DNA of 57,808 bases, counting the filler, from Sphacelaria rigidula (taxonomy: Eukaryota): assembly GCA_964200075.2 (NCBI GenBank). It is 7 parts of 7 records of this genome, joined end to end, with 100 filler letters (N's around TTAATTAATTAA, not from the genome) between each part and the next. Parts side by side here need not be neighbours in the genome. Positions count along the whole stretch, not along the records: positions 16,547 to 24,719 come from CAXNAA020012032.1; positions 24,820 to 32,992 come from CAXNAA020012033.1; positions 33,093 to 41,264 come from CAXNAA020012034.1; 4 more parts are not named here. One strand, written 5' to 3'. Shown here piece after piece: positions 22,788 to 34,431 of this stretch. The position numbers and the translations under genes were made by a program. Below the pieces are notes generated by a model. That model saw only the letters and a list, made by a program, of their open reading frames with translations, was not told where the DNA came from and did not search any database. The number at the start of each line of letters is the position of its first letter. Position 1 is the first letter of the stretch.

Positions 22788-23715
22788 GTTCGTCACACTT
22801 GCACTTGGAGTTGTGTCGCCCACGCTGTAGTTTTATGCAGGCACGGCTATTACCGTTTTCGTTTGCATTCCCTTTTGTTTTAGCACGCCGAAGAAAAGAG
22901 CAAAAAGTGCCACCTCGCCCAGGGCTATTCTCTTTTGTCACGCTCTGTCGTTGGTACGGTCTGGTGTGGTGATCTGGTGTGGTGAGCGCCTCCCAACTCC
23001 CAATACTCGGTATTACCAGTATCCGTGGCACCACGGACCCCGAAAAACAGTTCTTGCAAGCGTTTTCATGTGTGACTGCGCGGAAGGCTGCTAGCGGTTG
23101 CACGCTGCGATGCAAACCCGGACTGAATTAAAAAAAAAATCGTGTGTTTCCTCAAAGTTCTCAAGCCTGGGGAGCACTGCATCCCCAAACCATTCTCCAC
23201 TGCCTTTGTCGTGTGCCCAAACAGTGTATCACTCGATTGATCGTTGGTAGTCAGCAAGCAACAGTAGAAACATGTTGCGCCGCGTTCCCTCCCAATCGCT
23301 GCCTTTCCGAAACTGTCGGTCGTACCACTCGTTGCTTCGTATGCGTGACACGTTGGTCGATTGATCGGTATGGTCGGTAGCTGCACTTTCGCTGATCCCC
23401 CAGAGATCCAGTCTTACCGTGGTCATTATTCACGGTGTGAAGGTACTCGAGATAAAACAAACTAAAACACTCGCTGTAGAAAAACGACGAAAAAAAAAAA
23501 CAGAAAAAGGTAGAATAGACCAACACGTTACAAGAATGTTTTCCCTCCGGGCTGGAATAGGATGCGTAGTCTGCAGCCGTTTCTCACGACGTTCCTACCA
23601 GTTAAGAGACGAAATTTCACACACAATTGTTCTGGGCAGCAAGCCCCAGGTCCTGAGCGTTCGATTACTCGCCCACTCTTACAAGCGGGTCTGAAACGCA
23701 AAGCAAAGTGTATCT

Positions 23716-24682
23716 ATTCCGAGTGTGGAGACCACGTATGTATGAGTGTATGAGCGTAATGGACACCAGAATACGCATGTAAGACGGAGAAACAGTCTCA
23801 GAATTGGGGTCCGCTAGTGACATACATGAGCGGACTCGAGGCGTTCAAATCTGTGAAACATGATCTTTTGTGGCAACCTAGGCTACGGAGTCTCCGGTGG
23901 AAAGAGCTCGGAATAATAAGGCAACCGCATGAACCCTGGTTGACCGTTGCCGGTTCCGAGAATATAAAGCTTACAGTTGCTGTGATCTCGAAGAAATCGG
24001 CAACACCGGGGGAGGATCGATCTGTACCTCTGAACCTGCACGGGCGACCTTGAACTCGGTCATGAATGAATGTATGAGAAGCAAAACTGTTACTACTTGA
24101 ACTGAACGAGAAACAGATGAAAAAAAAAATGACACTGTCCCGAGAGTGTAGGGTACGTGATAACTAGGGCCGAAAAATGTGATGGGGTCCACCGAAGAAG
24201 GAAGCCCAGTCTGCCGCCGCACACCGCTGGTTTTCATAGGTTCATCTTGAACCCGGTTTGGGCGGCGTTGAGGGTTCGGATCCCAGCAGTCACGTTTTTT
24301 TTTTTCTTAGAAGTACGAGCACGGTATCTGCTTTCTGTCGTCGAACACATGAAGACGTGAGTGCCACAGAAAAATTACCGAAAGTGGACGTGGTGCGGAA
24401 GTGCTGATCCGTCCCGCGATACCAATATGCAAGGCGTGTAACGAGAGAGAGGGGTTGATCCGTTGAGATTATTCTAGTTGTGGAGACCACGTATGTACGA
24501 GCGTAATGACATCCATATACACATGTGAGCCGGAGAAACAGTCACAGGAACGGAGCCCGCCAGTGACACACATGAGCGGGCTCGAAACGTTCAACCCCGT
24601 GAAACTGGATGTTTAGCAAACCTAGGCAACGGGATCTAAGCTATAAGAACTCAGAATAACAAGAGTCACCACATGAATCCTG
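23716..24682 (+). repeat. Two diverged direct copies of an about 220-bp repeat
   Basis: 23716-23940 and 24471-24682 share tgtggagaccacgtatgta, cggagaaacagtc, agtgaca.acatgagcgg.ctcga and aacctaggc blocks in the same order. Confidence 0.8.
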
Positions 24683-24719
24683 TTTTTTTTTTTTTTTTCC
24701 TTGATGGAAGGAGGAAACC

Positions 24720-24819
24720 NNNNNNNNNNNNNNNNNNNNNNNNNNNNNNNNNNNNNNNNNNNNTTAATTAATTAANNNNNNNNNNNNNNNNNNNNNNNNN
24801 NNNNNNNNNNNNNNNNNNN
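24720..24819. other. Artificial contig linker
   Basis: N44-TTAATTAATTAA-N44. Confidence 0.98.
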
Positions 24820-25380
24820 AAATTGTGGAAGGTTGTCTGACACACGCATGAGCCTCTTTTTTCGTGCAACCAAATACCCCCCCCCCCCATCGTAGGATGA
24901 CTCTTCGTTTTAGGAGAAGTCTAGATGCAGGACTCGACATGTCCGGAAATGTCTGATGCCTCCGATGAAACGGTGTTGATAGTGATGAGCCTCAACGGCC
25001 AACCCTGGCTCTTTTCTTTGCGATATCTTTGTTGCGCGTAAGACCATCATATGGTACTACTCTACGCCTCGTGAAGATTGTACGTGCGACACCTGCTTGC
25101 CCTCCTGGCGATGCCAGCTAGCTTGTCGTAATCGCCAATCAACTTGCCCATCAAAAGTGTTCACGTACGGCATGGTGGCACACCTATGACCCTCGCAGTT
25201 CGCCCCTTGCCCCCTCCTCCTGATCGTGGGATCACCCATTCGCTCACGAAAGCGACCATCAACTTTGATTGTTTTATGATAAACAACGGGGCAGAGACCA
25301 CTGACAGATGTAGGATACAGCAATCCCCGTCGACGTTGCCGGGTTGTTGCTGCAAGCGGATTGGGGGACTAGAGGCTCGT

Positions 25381-25596
25381 TGTAATGCGTGAGAGGACCG
25401 CGTGCTCAGAGGATCGCATCGGAGTTTGAACATCCCTAGGGTTAGGTTAGGTTTAGTGTTAGGGTTAGTGTCGGGGTCGTGGTCAGGGGCGTGGTACCCC
25501 CAGGGACTGACCCGATTGGTTTTGAAAAACGTCGATAATGAGGTGTTTTGAACTACGGCGCGGTCCTCTAAGCACGCGGTCTTCTCACGCATTACA
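25381..25596. mobile_element. MITE with TGT..ACA termini and internal telomere-like repeats, copy 1
   Basis: TIRs tgtaatgcgtgagaggaccgcgtgctcagagga / tcctctaagcacgcggtcttctcacgcattaca; internal tagggttaggttagg...ttagggttag. Confidence 0.85.
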
Positions 25597-26378
25597 CAGC
25601 ACTCATCCGCGGTGAGATCGGCTCATGTCCCGCAATCGGTACACACGCACACCCCACAGTCGCCCACGCAAAACATGCCAGATGCCTTCACACCCGTAAC
25701 AATGCCGTTGCTGCGTGTAATAGACGCTTAGAACACTTTAGGGCCCCGAAACTGAGGGCGCGGGACGCATGCGTGTGGCTGACGGCTAGGACGCAGCCGA
25801 AACGAACTAGGAATATTTCACCACGTGTATGGAGCGCGGCTAGGATACGGTCCCCACACCACGGCACTGATTTTCAAGGATACTGTACACGCTGTAAGTA
25901 TTGAATGATTCAGAGCGCAGAGGGCATCGAAAGTATTGAAGATTCTATACCACCTGGACCATTTAGCACCACACAGCATATCGGAAAATCTGGGGCATCG
26001 ACACCCCAGATTGACCGGACTGTGCCCCAAGCTAGATCCCCTTTCGATATAAGTATGTCAACCCGACGCATTCATGATCAGTTACTGCATCATCAGATCT
26101 TTAATCTCCAACAACGCGTGTCTGCCCCAGGTAATCGTCAAAATACGTTTCAGAAGCGATTCCGGGAACCGTTACGCGCGAAGTTCCAACTTTGTTCCAC
26201 ACGCATAGCGTGATCTGCACATCAGCTGACAGCTAAGGATTCTTGACACAGTGTTTGTCCTTGAGGCCGGGAACATATTTACCTCTTGCACCACTTGTCT
26301 TGGACACCATATACCATCTCAATCACAGAGGTCTAGCTCACGTTTCCGATTCGTCCAGCTAAGAGGTTTCGAGAACAG

Positions 26379-26587
26379 TGCAATGCGTGAGAGGACCACG
26401 TGCTTAGGGGACCGCATCGAAATTTACACATCTCCATGGTTAGGGTTAGGGTTAGTGTTAGTGTATGGTTAGGGGCGTGGTACCTTCAGGGACTGGCCCA
26501 ATCGCTTTTGAAAAACGTCGATTCTGAGGTGTTTTCAACTACAGTACGGCGCGGTCCTCGAAGCACGCGGTCCTCTCACGCACTACA
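26379..26587. mobile_element. MITE with TG..CA termini and internal telomere-like repeats, copy 2
   Basis: Colinear with 25381-25596; internal ggttagggttagggttag. Confidence 0.85.
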
Positions 26588-27806
26588 TCTCCCTTCTTCT
26601 CCCCCTTTGTTTTGCTATGTCCCTTTCCTGCTGGTATTTGACCCAGCGTTTTTGGGCTATCCTATGTTTCCACACACTCCTCTGTCTACTACGCTGATTA
26701 ATGCCTCGTTGATCCTGCGCGGGTTTCAGCAGACCCCGCATTGTTGTTGTTGTTGTTGTTGTTATCATTATATAGCGCGCAACTATATACATACAGGTTC
26801 TGAAAAAGCCGTCGGCCCGAGTCCACCAAATGAGCAACGAAAAAAAATCGATCAAAAACGCGACAAGTTCTGATCGCGGTTCAGGCTGTACTTTGATCGC
26901 GATATAATCACAACAATAAGCACGGTTTGGTGAGCAATGCTCTGGTAGGGGTGGTGAAAATATTTCTGGGGAAGGATACTGGATTGAGATCTGAGCAATG
27001 CAAAGATAGCGCCCCCGCAAAACAACAGCGAAAAACCGGGTTGCATTGGAGGGGAACTATCGCGGCATTGTACTCATGATCTAAAAAAAGGTGATATTGT
27101 ACCGCACAGTGCTGTCTACACGTACTAATTGTGTGTAGACAAAGCATCGGACAGGCACCTGGGTGGCATAAACAAGCAGACTTGACCGATGCCGAGAACA
27201 CTCTCCCCATACCAGCCCCCTTCTTGATATGTTTCGAAGGGGGGCAATCACAGTATCAATCATTCGTTGACGAAGCCACAACGCACTCACGCTGATGGTG
27301 CTGCTCCTAGGACGAAATTACGTTTTCTCCTTGTAGTTTATAATACGAACCAGAGCCAGCTGTTTCCCCATGACTGCAAAGCTCACTGGTAAGGACTCAC
27401 TTGGAACTCAGAGCAACGGCGGCAAGGCTGATGATGTCCTGGGCCCAAAGCAGAGTGCTCATGGTGGCCTCCCAGGGCGGCCGTGTGAATACCTTACGCA
27501 GGAATTACATTCGTGTATAATCATGATTTATCCAAAGAGCAGAAATCCTCCATCCAACGAACGTTCCGGGAACACTATCCGTTGTGCAGACTACCATTCG
27601 ATGTGCACAGTACCATTCGATGTGCAGACATCAGCCATTCTGTATCTATCATCGACTTTTCAGAACATCAAATTGGATCTTCCAACAAGGTGACATCTCT
27701 CGACGGCTAACCAAGAGTCATATACAAACGTTCATTTACTCCGAGATGTGTATGTCCAGAACGCTGCTGTACCTTAACGACGCTGGTCCCTTCAAATACC
27801 ATTATA

Positions 27807-29656
27807 CTGTCCCATAAGCAAAGGTACCTAACGGCGATACATTGTTTAGGTATGCCAGTGGTGGCGACGATGTTGTAGTTGGGTTCGTTAAAAAGGCATA
27901 GCGCAGACGAAGCTAGTCGGAAAAAAAAAATCGATGTCATATTTAAAAAACTAAAAATGGGTCACTGTACACCCGATTTTGGCCGTATTCTGGAAGGATG
28001 ACGATAATTGTTTTGAGATTTGTTTTGAGTTTTTTTTCTGAGAATTCGAGATTTTTGTCTCAAAACGTCCTAGTCAAGTACCCTACCGGTCCATACCCAC
28101 CGTCGAGATGGACTCCACCCCCTGCAACCCCCCAATTCGCCGAAAGGGCCCCGAAGTATTTTTGGGTCGCCGCTACGCAATGGCGATATATATTGCTGTG
28201 GGCGTTCAGCCAGAATTGACAAGGATTCGAAAGGGCGTGCTCGACCCGATCCGCGAAAGCTACGGTGTTGGAAGGAAGTACCCATCCAAACGGTGGAAGA
28301 AGGTTAAGGACCAGATCGATGAAACCCAGAAGCTTGACCTTTCGAACATCAAAAGGGCTGGGCGGCCCCAGCTTCTCACTCCAACAAAGGTTGCGGCGCT
28401 GAGAGAAGTCAACACGCAGAATCGCTCATTTACGCTCAGACAGGTGTCCGATCAGTTGAGGGACATCCGTCTGGGTTACAGTACAACAGAAGCCGCGGCG
28501 TTTTTGTAAAGAAGGGGCGGCAAAGGTGGCTCGCCGCATCAAACCTCCCCTTTCCCCAGCCCGGAAGAAGCACCGAATCGACTTCATCTGCGATCAGGTG
28601 GACGAGACAACCGGGGAATACCTGGACTAGGGAAACGTCGTCCACTTGGACGAACACTGGTTCTTCCTTCTGAGGAACAAGGAGAAGATCAGAATCTCCC
28701 CGGGCGAGGAAATCCCCGGGTCTCCCCGTGTTCAACGCAAGAGTCACCTCTCAAAGATCCTGGTCATAGTGGCAAACGCCAGGCCGGACCCGACCCACGA
28801 CTTCGACGGCAAGATCGGCATCCGGCGCATTTGTGTCATGAAAACCGCTGAGCGATCCTCCAGGAGAAGGAAGAGGGGGGAAGAGTACGAGTTCGACTGC
28901 ACCATCGACGCGGAGTGGTACAAGGAGTGGTACATCGACCAACTTCTGCCTGCGATCAAGGAGAAGATGCTGTGGCAGTATTCGAAGCGCGTGGTCGAGC
29001 AGCAGAACGGCGCGAGCCCCCACACTGGGAAAAACAACCCGGGGTTTCTTGATTCGGCAGGGATGGGGCGGGGATGGTTGGTAGAACTTGTGACCCAGCC
29101 TTCTCAGTCGCCTGATTTGAATATTAATGATTTGGGTTTCTGTACATCTCTCAAGTCAAGGGTGTGGGGGATGAATGCGAGTACAGTAGACGAGTTGGTA
29201 GAGACTATCTTCTAGCAGAACGAGGAGTACGACGGTGACACGTTAGAAAGGGTGTGGCAAAGCTTTTTCAAGGTTTACAACCAAACACTCCGTAAGGTGG
29301 GCGATAAAGGCTTTAGTGTGGAGCACACCAGGGTTAGGGCGCTCCAGAGGGCGGGGACAGTGGAAAGGGTGGTAAAATATGATGAGGAGGCCTTTGCGAA
29401 GGCGTGGGATTTCCTGGCAGCAAGTCCCAGCGAAGGCGGGGGCGATCAAAAAAAAAAACCTTTTGTTTTCCCCTCGAAAAGGGGCAACAAACCGCCATTT
29501 TCGGGCCGACTACATTTTTTGCAGCCGTGCGGCGGCATGGTTCAAGCACGAGCTGCGAATTTGCAGCACATTTCCTTCTCCCGAAAAACAAAGAAGATCG
29601 GACATCGTTAAGGGCCCGTACAAATTTAGGTACCTTTACTTATGGGACAGAGGAAG
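27807..29656 (+). mobile_element. Full-length but inactivated plant-type (DD39D-group) mariner with Stowaway-like TIRs
   Basis: TA-flanked (27805-27806, 29657-29658). TIRs ctgtcccataagcaaaggtaccta / taggtacctttacttatgggacagaggaag enclose the transposase pseudogene. Confidence 0.9.
28108..29445 (+). pseudogene. Mariner transposase pseudogene
   Basis: Motifs KRAGRP (HTH linker), VVHLDEHWFFL, KILVIVANARP, FDGKIGI, LLPAIKEK, QQNGASPH and QPSQSPDLNINDLGF match plant mariner transposases. Disrupted by a frameshift near 28490-28510, in-frame TAG stops (near 28628 and 29213) and a D-to-N change at the second catalytic residue. Confidence 0.9.
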
Positions 29657-32600
29657 TATACAGGGTGTTCGTGAACCGTGGGGGTCAGCTTCAAGTACTG
29701 CACGGCACTGTACCGGCTTCTATCCGCCTCCGTGCACAAAATGTTCGGGGGTTCGACGTACGGTACGGTATCCAATGATAAGGTGAAATCTGAACGATTA
29801 AGCGTAGTCGCGGCAAAGGCAAGGCAGTACGCACGAGGAAACAAACATATGGATGCAGGACACAAAACACATTGCCTTGCCTCCTAATGTGTCGACTGTA
29901 TTGGCCCAGCAAGCGGAGTTACGGCTGCAATACCCTGTTCGTGCAACGTGTTGACCACCCGAATCCAAGCATAGGCATCACTTTAAAAAAAAGCGGTGCA
30001 GGCAGTGGCGACACAAAAAAGCAGTAGCACACGACAATCTCTCCCACTCACCCCCTGTCGTAGAAGAGCTTGATGCAGACCCTGAGTCGAGATTTCACGG
30101 GAGGGTGGCAAGGGTACGAGCGCGGGACAAATAACGAACGGTTGGGAGACGGAATACAAATCACAATAATATCTGCTGCAGTTGTGCTCATCAATAGCTG
30201 ACAGCTAAATGTTTCAGCGTGGAGTACGGTTCGCAAGGCGAGTCCCAAGATTGAGTGGAAGACTTGCGTGCTTCCTCGGTTCTTCTTATCCACAATGTTT
30301 TGTTTCTCCTGGAGTGTGATGCTTGTACTTCAACGGAATATACGACGAGCAAAAAAAGGGGAAGCAAGCTTTGGGAATTCGTATGCGTATCGAGCACGCG
30401 ACGAGCGATTAGTTATGTGTCCATACTGGTATATGTTACTAACTCATTCCGAGATTCGATGATGAAGTATCCGTTTGATGAGTATGTTTGACAAGGTGCA
30501 GGGATGACAATGATCCAATTTGACAATCAAACAATCAAGAACCTCGTGTAAGGAAGTCAACGACTTCAGGGGCCACAACCACGACACAACACGAACACCA
30601 ACACTAAACCTAATCCCGACCCAAGGCGCACGAGACCCTCGGGCAAGGAGGGTGCATACATTCCCGTAGGCAAAGTTCGCTTTGGCAGACCTCAAATCGA
30701 CGCCGCAGGCGCCGATTTCGACAAAAAAAAACACGTTCTAGACAAGCTGGATCCACTGGTCACTTGCTTCAAACCATAACGTTTCTCAGAACTTTTTTCG
30801 TTCTAAAATCAATCAGCTATCACTGTAAACCAATGTGTCCGAACACATCTTTGAGTAGGTACTGTCCGATGATTAAATATGCTCACGCTCTGTCATGAAC
30901 AAGATTGATGCAAAATATAGTGCGGCACAAGTAGCATCAACCATGTTGCGATTGCGGAAGATGTGGTAACCAATCAGAGGAATACTGTTTAATGACGTAG
31001 GTTATGCGAGTACAGTCACGTGTGCAGTACGGGCAACCGAGTCGCCTGACCTCCCCCATCAGTCAGTCAGACCTGGTTCTGGGTGCCTTCTGTCTGCCTT
31101 GGTCCGGGGGTTTGCATACGTGTGTGCGGTGAGTGAGTTGGTGTGGTATTGGGTGGGAGAGATTGAGGGTGTCGTATTTAGTAACAGCGTGTGAGTGATG
31201 GAGGTAAACTGACTGAGTAAGCAGAGCGTGACAATGAGATAATCAAAACGTGTTGTATACTACTGCTATCTACCTGACCCAGGGTGCTGACTACTGCTCA
31301 CGCACTTGAGCTGTGTGGACGCCGCATCAGAGCGGTTTATCACGCTAGCGCGAGAAGAAGTCCGGTGCATCGGTGACGATTATGCCCCTTTCCTCATTAT
31401 CTCTCCATGATCATTTACCACATGACCTCGTACAGTAACCCTTGTAGACTCACATAAAACGGATACAAAACATGGATACCTGAAGAATAGGAGAACGTCA
31501 AAAACAACTGAACTCGAGTGGGTGGCGTGTGTGTGCCCCACTACGGAATAACAACAGGAATACGTCATATCACACAATCCGATGGAACGCCTACTGTACG
31601 GAATACTTCAACATCCCTACATTCCGGTTATTCCGTCCACATAATCCTTGTATCACGATCATGCAATCCAACATGCACGCAGTACCCTACATGTCATCCT
31701 CATCCTCACGACTGAGCCCAAGCATATTCGATCATCGTAAACTCTCATATATGTACAACCGACTCTGGGACCCGAAGGAATAGGGGATCCATCATGCCAT
31801 CTGGGCATCACTTGAGACCTACATCTGCCCCTGACCGGAGGCCAGTGACCCAGCAGCGTAAACGCTCGACCACTGTCGACGAATGCTTGCACAACCATCT
31901 GCACCCCCGACGATTGCAACCGTCCACCGAAACTCTCGCGATCTCATATACTTGAAAAAGGTCACAAGTGCTCTGGAAACAATCATACAAGCGACGTCCC
32001 TCATAGCCACAATTTGGATGACAAACGGTATGGTGGTCAACATCCACAAATACGGGTTGATAAAATACCATTCTCGCTCATCGATGCCAGAGGCAAGTAC
32101 TATTTTTGAAACCTGCTCCATCCTCGGTATCAAGTGGATATACATCATCATTCGCCCCGCCGGGCCAGACTCTTGCTCATCGACGCAAGCACGCTACGAT
32201 GACTGTGCTTTGCCGTCGTCTGACGCACTCAGGACCCCCTGTTTGTTGTGCACTATCCCCCCCCCCCCCCCCCCCCCCCCCCTTTTTTTGTCCTTTTTCC
32301 TTGGGACTGCCTCAGGCTCCAGCCCGTGCGTTTTNNNNNNNNNNCGCTTCTCCTAGCTGTCCGCCGCCCGCGGCCCCCCCTGTTTGTTTTTGACCCCCCC
32401 CCCCCCCCCCCTCCCCCTCGCCTTTTTGTTGGCTCGCTCACGAGGGATCACCACATATCCACTCCGTACAGTGTTCAGAGTCTGGCCCGGGTCGTAGCGA
32501 ACTAACCCCACCCCGCCAATCGTGACCGATTGTTGGGAGAGGAGGGGGGCTCCTCAACTGGGGACATGATGCAACAGTAGAGTCACGGTACGGTAGAGCT

Positions 32601-32992
32601 CGTGCATTTGACCTCAGATCGTGTGTCATTCAGGGCTTCTAAATGTGAGAGCTGCACAAGGAGATGGGACAGGATAGTCCCGTTTCCAAATCACTTCGGG
32701 ACGTCCCTAGCTCATTAGAAAGTGCAATCAACGTGGCGCGCCATCATATGTTCCATAAGTCATTGCCCGAAACATATTTTCTCGTTGGCGATACTAGTGA
32801 CATGGGACAGTCGTTTCCTGCAAAGCTACCCCTGCCCTAGCATCACTGTACAATCCTTGTGTCGACCAACCCCTCATCGATGTATACAGAAGGTATCAGC
32901 TGCAAGGGCCGTTAAAAGCGAGCATTCGATAAAGAACAACAAATTGTGAGAATTGAGGTTTAACTTCGAGATGAGGCTCAAGCCTAAAACAG

Positions 32993-33092
32993 NNNNNNNN
33001 NNNNNNNNNNNNNNNNNNNNNNNNNNNNNNNNNNNNTTAATTAATTAANNNNNNNNNNNNNNNNNNNNNNNNNNNNNNNNNNNNNNNNNNNN
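32993..33092. other. Artificial contig linker
   Basis: N44-TTAATTAATTAA-N44. Confidence 0.98.
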
Positions 33093-34431
33093 CTCCGTCC
33101 CGGCTTTGTAGGGATGCGAGGCCAATGGTCTTATGAAAAAGGCATGCATAATCATGATTACCCCCCCCCCCCCCCAAAAAAAACATATAGCGCATACAAC
33201 CTCCTCCACGTTCAAAATTCCCCCTGCTCCACAGGGCCTTGGTTGGCGTCAGCGGTAGACCGAGGAACATTGTCCAATCAGACTTGATGAGCTCTTGTTT
33301 GTCGTCAGACAGGAAAGTGCGAGTAATTTTTCACCTCTCCCTCTAGCGGCGCCATCCCAAGTCGGTCCCGGCACATTCCAACCAAGCCAACCAACTTCAG
33401 TACACGACTGAGCACAGACTCGAATAACCCCTTCTTCAGTGCCCCTTCAACTGTGGTATCCAAGTCCATCAAAGGGGGTGCACCAGCCACCACCTTAACA
33501 TAACTCGAGCGCTTCGACCACAAGGCCTCGCCGCATATGACCCTCGGGCACGCGCAAACACAAACGAGCTCGTGGCGTCAAGTTAAGAACGCTTCAAGTA
33601 GACGCTTCAAGACGAATGCAGTCGTACGCTTCACTTCTTCACGTACGGCACGTGCACAACGCAATATCGGGGGGATCCAAAACTCCGGTGTCCCGATCGA
33701 CAGCACCCCGCTCCCACCGCGACTCAAGCACCCCGCCTTGCTACGTACCTTGGGCCCGATCCAAGACGTCGCACGAAATCTCATCAAAGAACGAAGACTT
33801 ATTGTACTTTTTCACTCCATCCACCGCTGGTGTACCGCTGGAGGCGCTCTCCTTTCCCAAACTTAGACCGCCCATTTCCTTTGCAAACTCCTTCTCCTGC
33901 AGTGCAAGACAGTGTCACCATCCTGTCATGTTGCCATGCTGTCATGTACGTTCGTGCTCGACACTACAGCAAGCGTATTGTATCTTTGTATATGCCACGG
34001 TCTTGTAAGTGTAAAAAAAAGAACAAGGGGCGAGAACGAACTTACCAGACAGCACGGCAAAAAATTTGTAACACCGGCAACATTGTCATACAAATCCAAC
34101 CCAATTGCAGGTGCGATACTGGCGCATGTGTAGCTATCCTACGGTGTTTCCCATCAAGGTGTCCCCGGCTGATGGCCCCAAGAAATCGTTCCTCAAATAT
34201 ACAACGATGGAAAAAAACGTACTCGCGTAAAACAAAGTGCACGTAGGTCGGCATGAGGCAAAGCCTTTTTTTTTATTTTTTGCAGTTTTTAGTTCGAACG
34301 CGAGCGTGTCCAAACACTACAACAGACAGCCACCATTGCAAACTCGCCCTTGGATCCTCGCAACATACAAACAGCCTCCACAACGCAACGACACCGCAGA
34401 CACTAGCAGCCGACCCCGGTATCTTGCACAC

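Noticed and set aside
31380-32250. Coding-like ORFs on both strands (110 aa minus, 157 aa plus)
   Set aside because: No motif, splice structure or consistent strand could be established. It is possibly a TE relic but is not callable.
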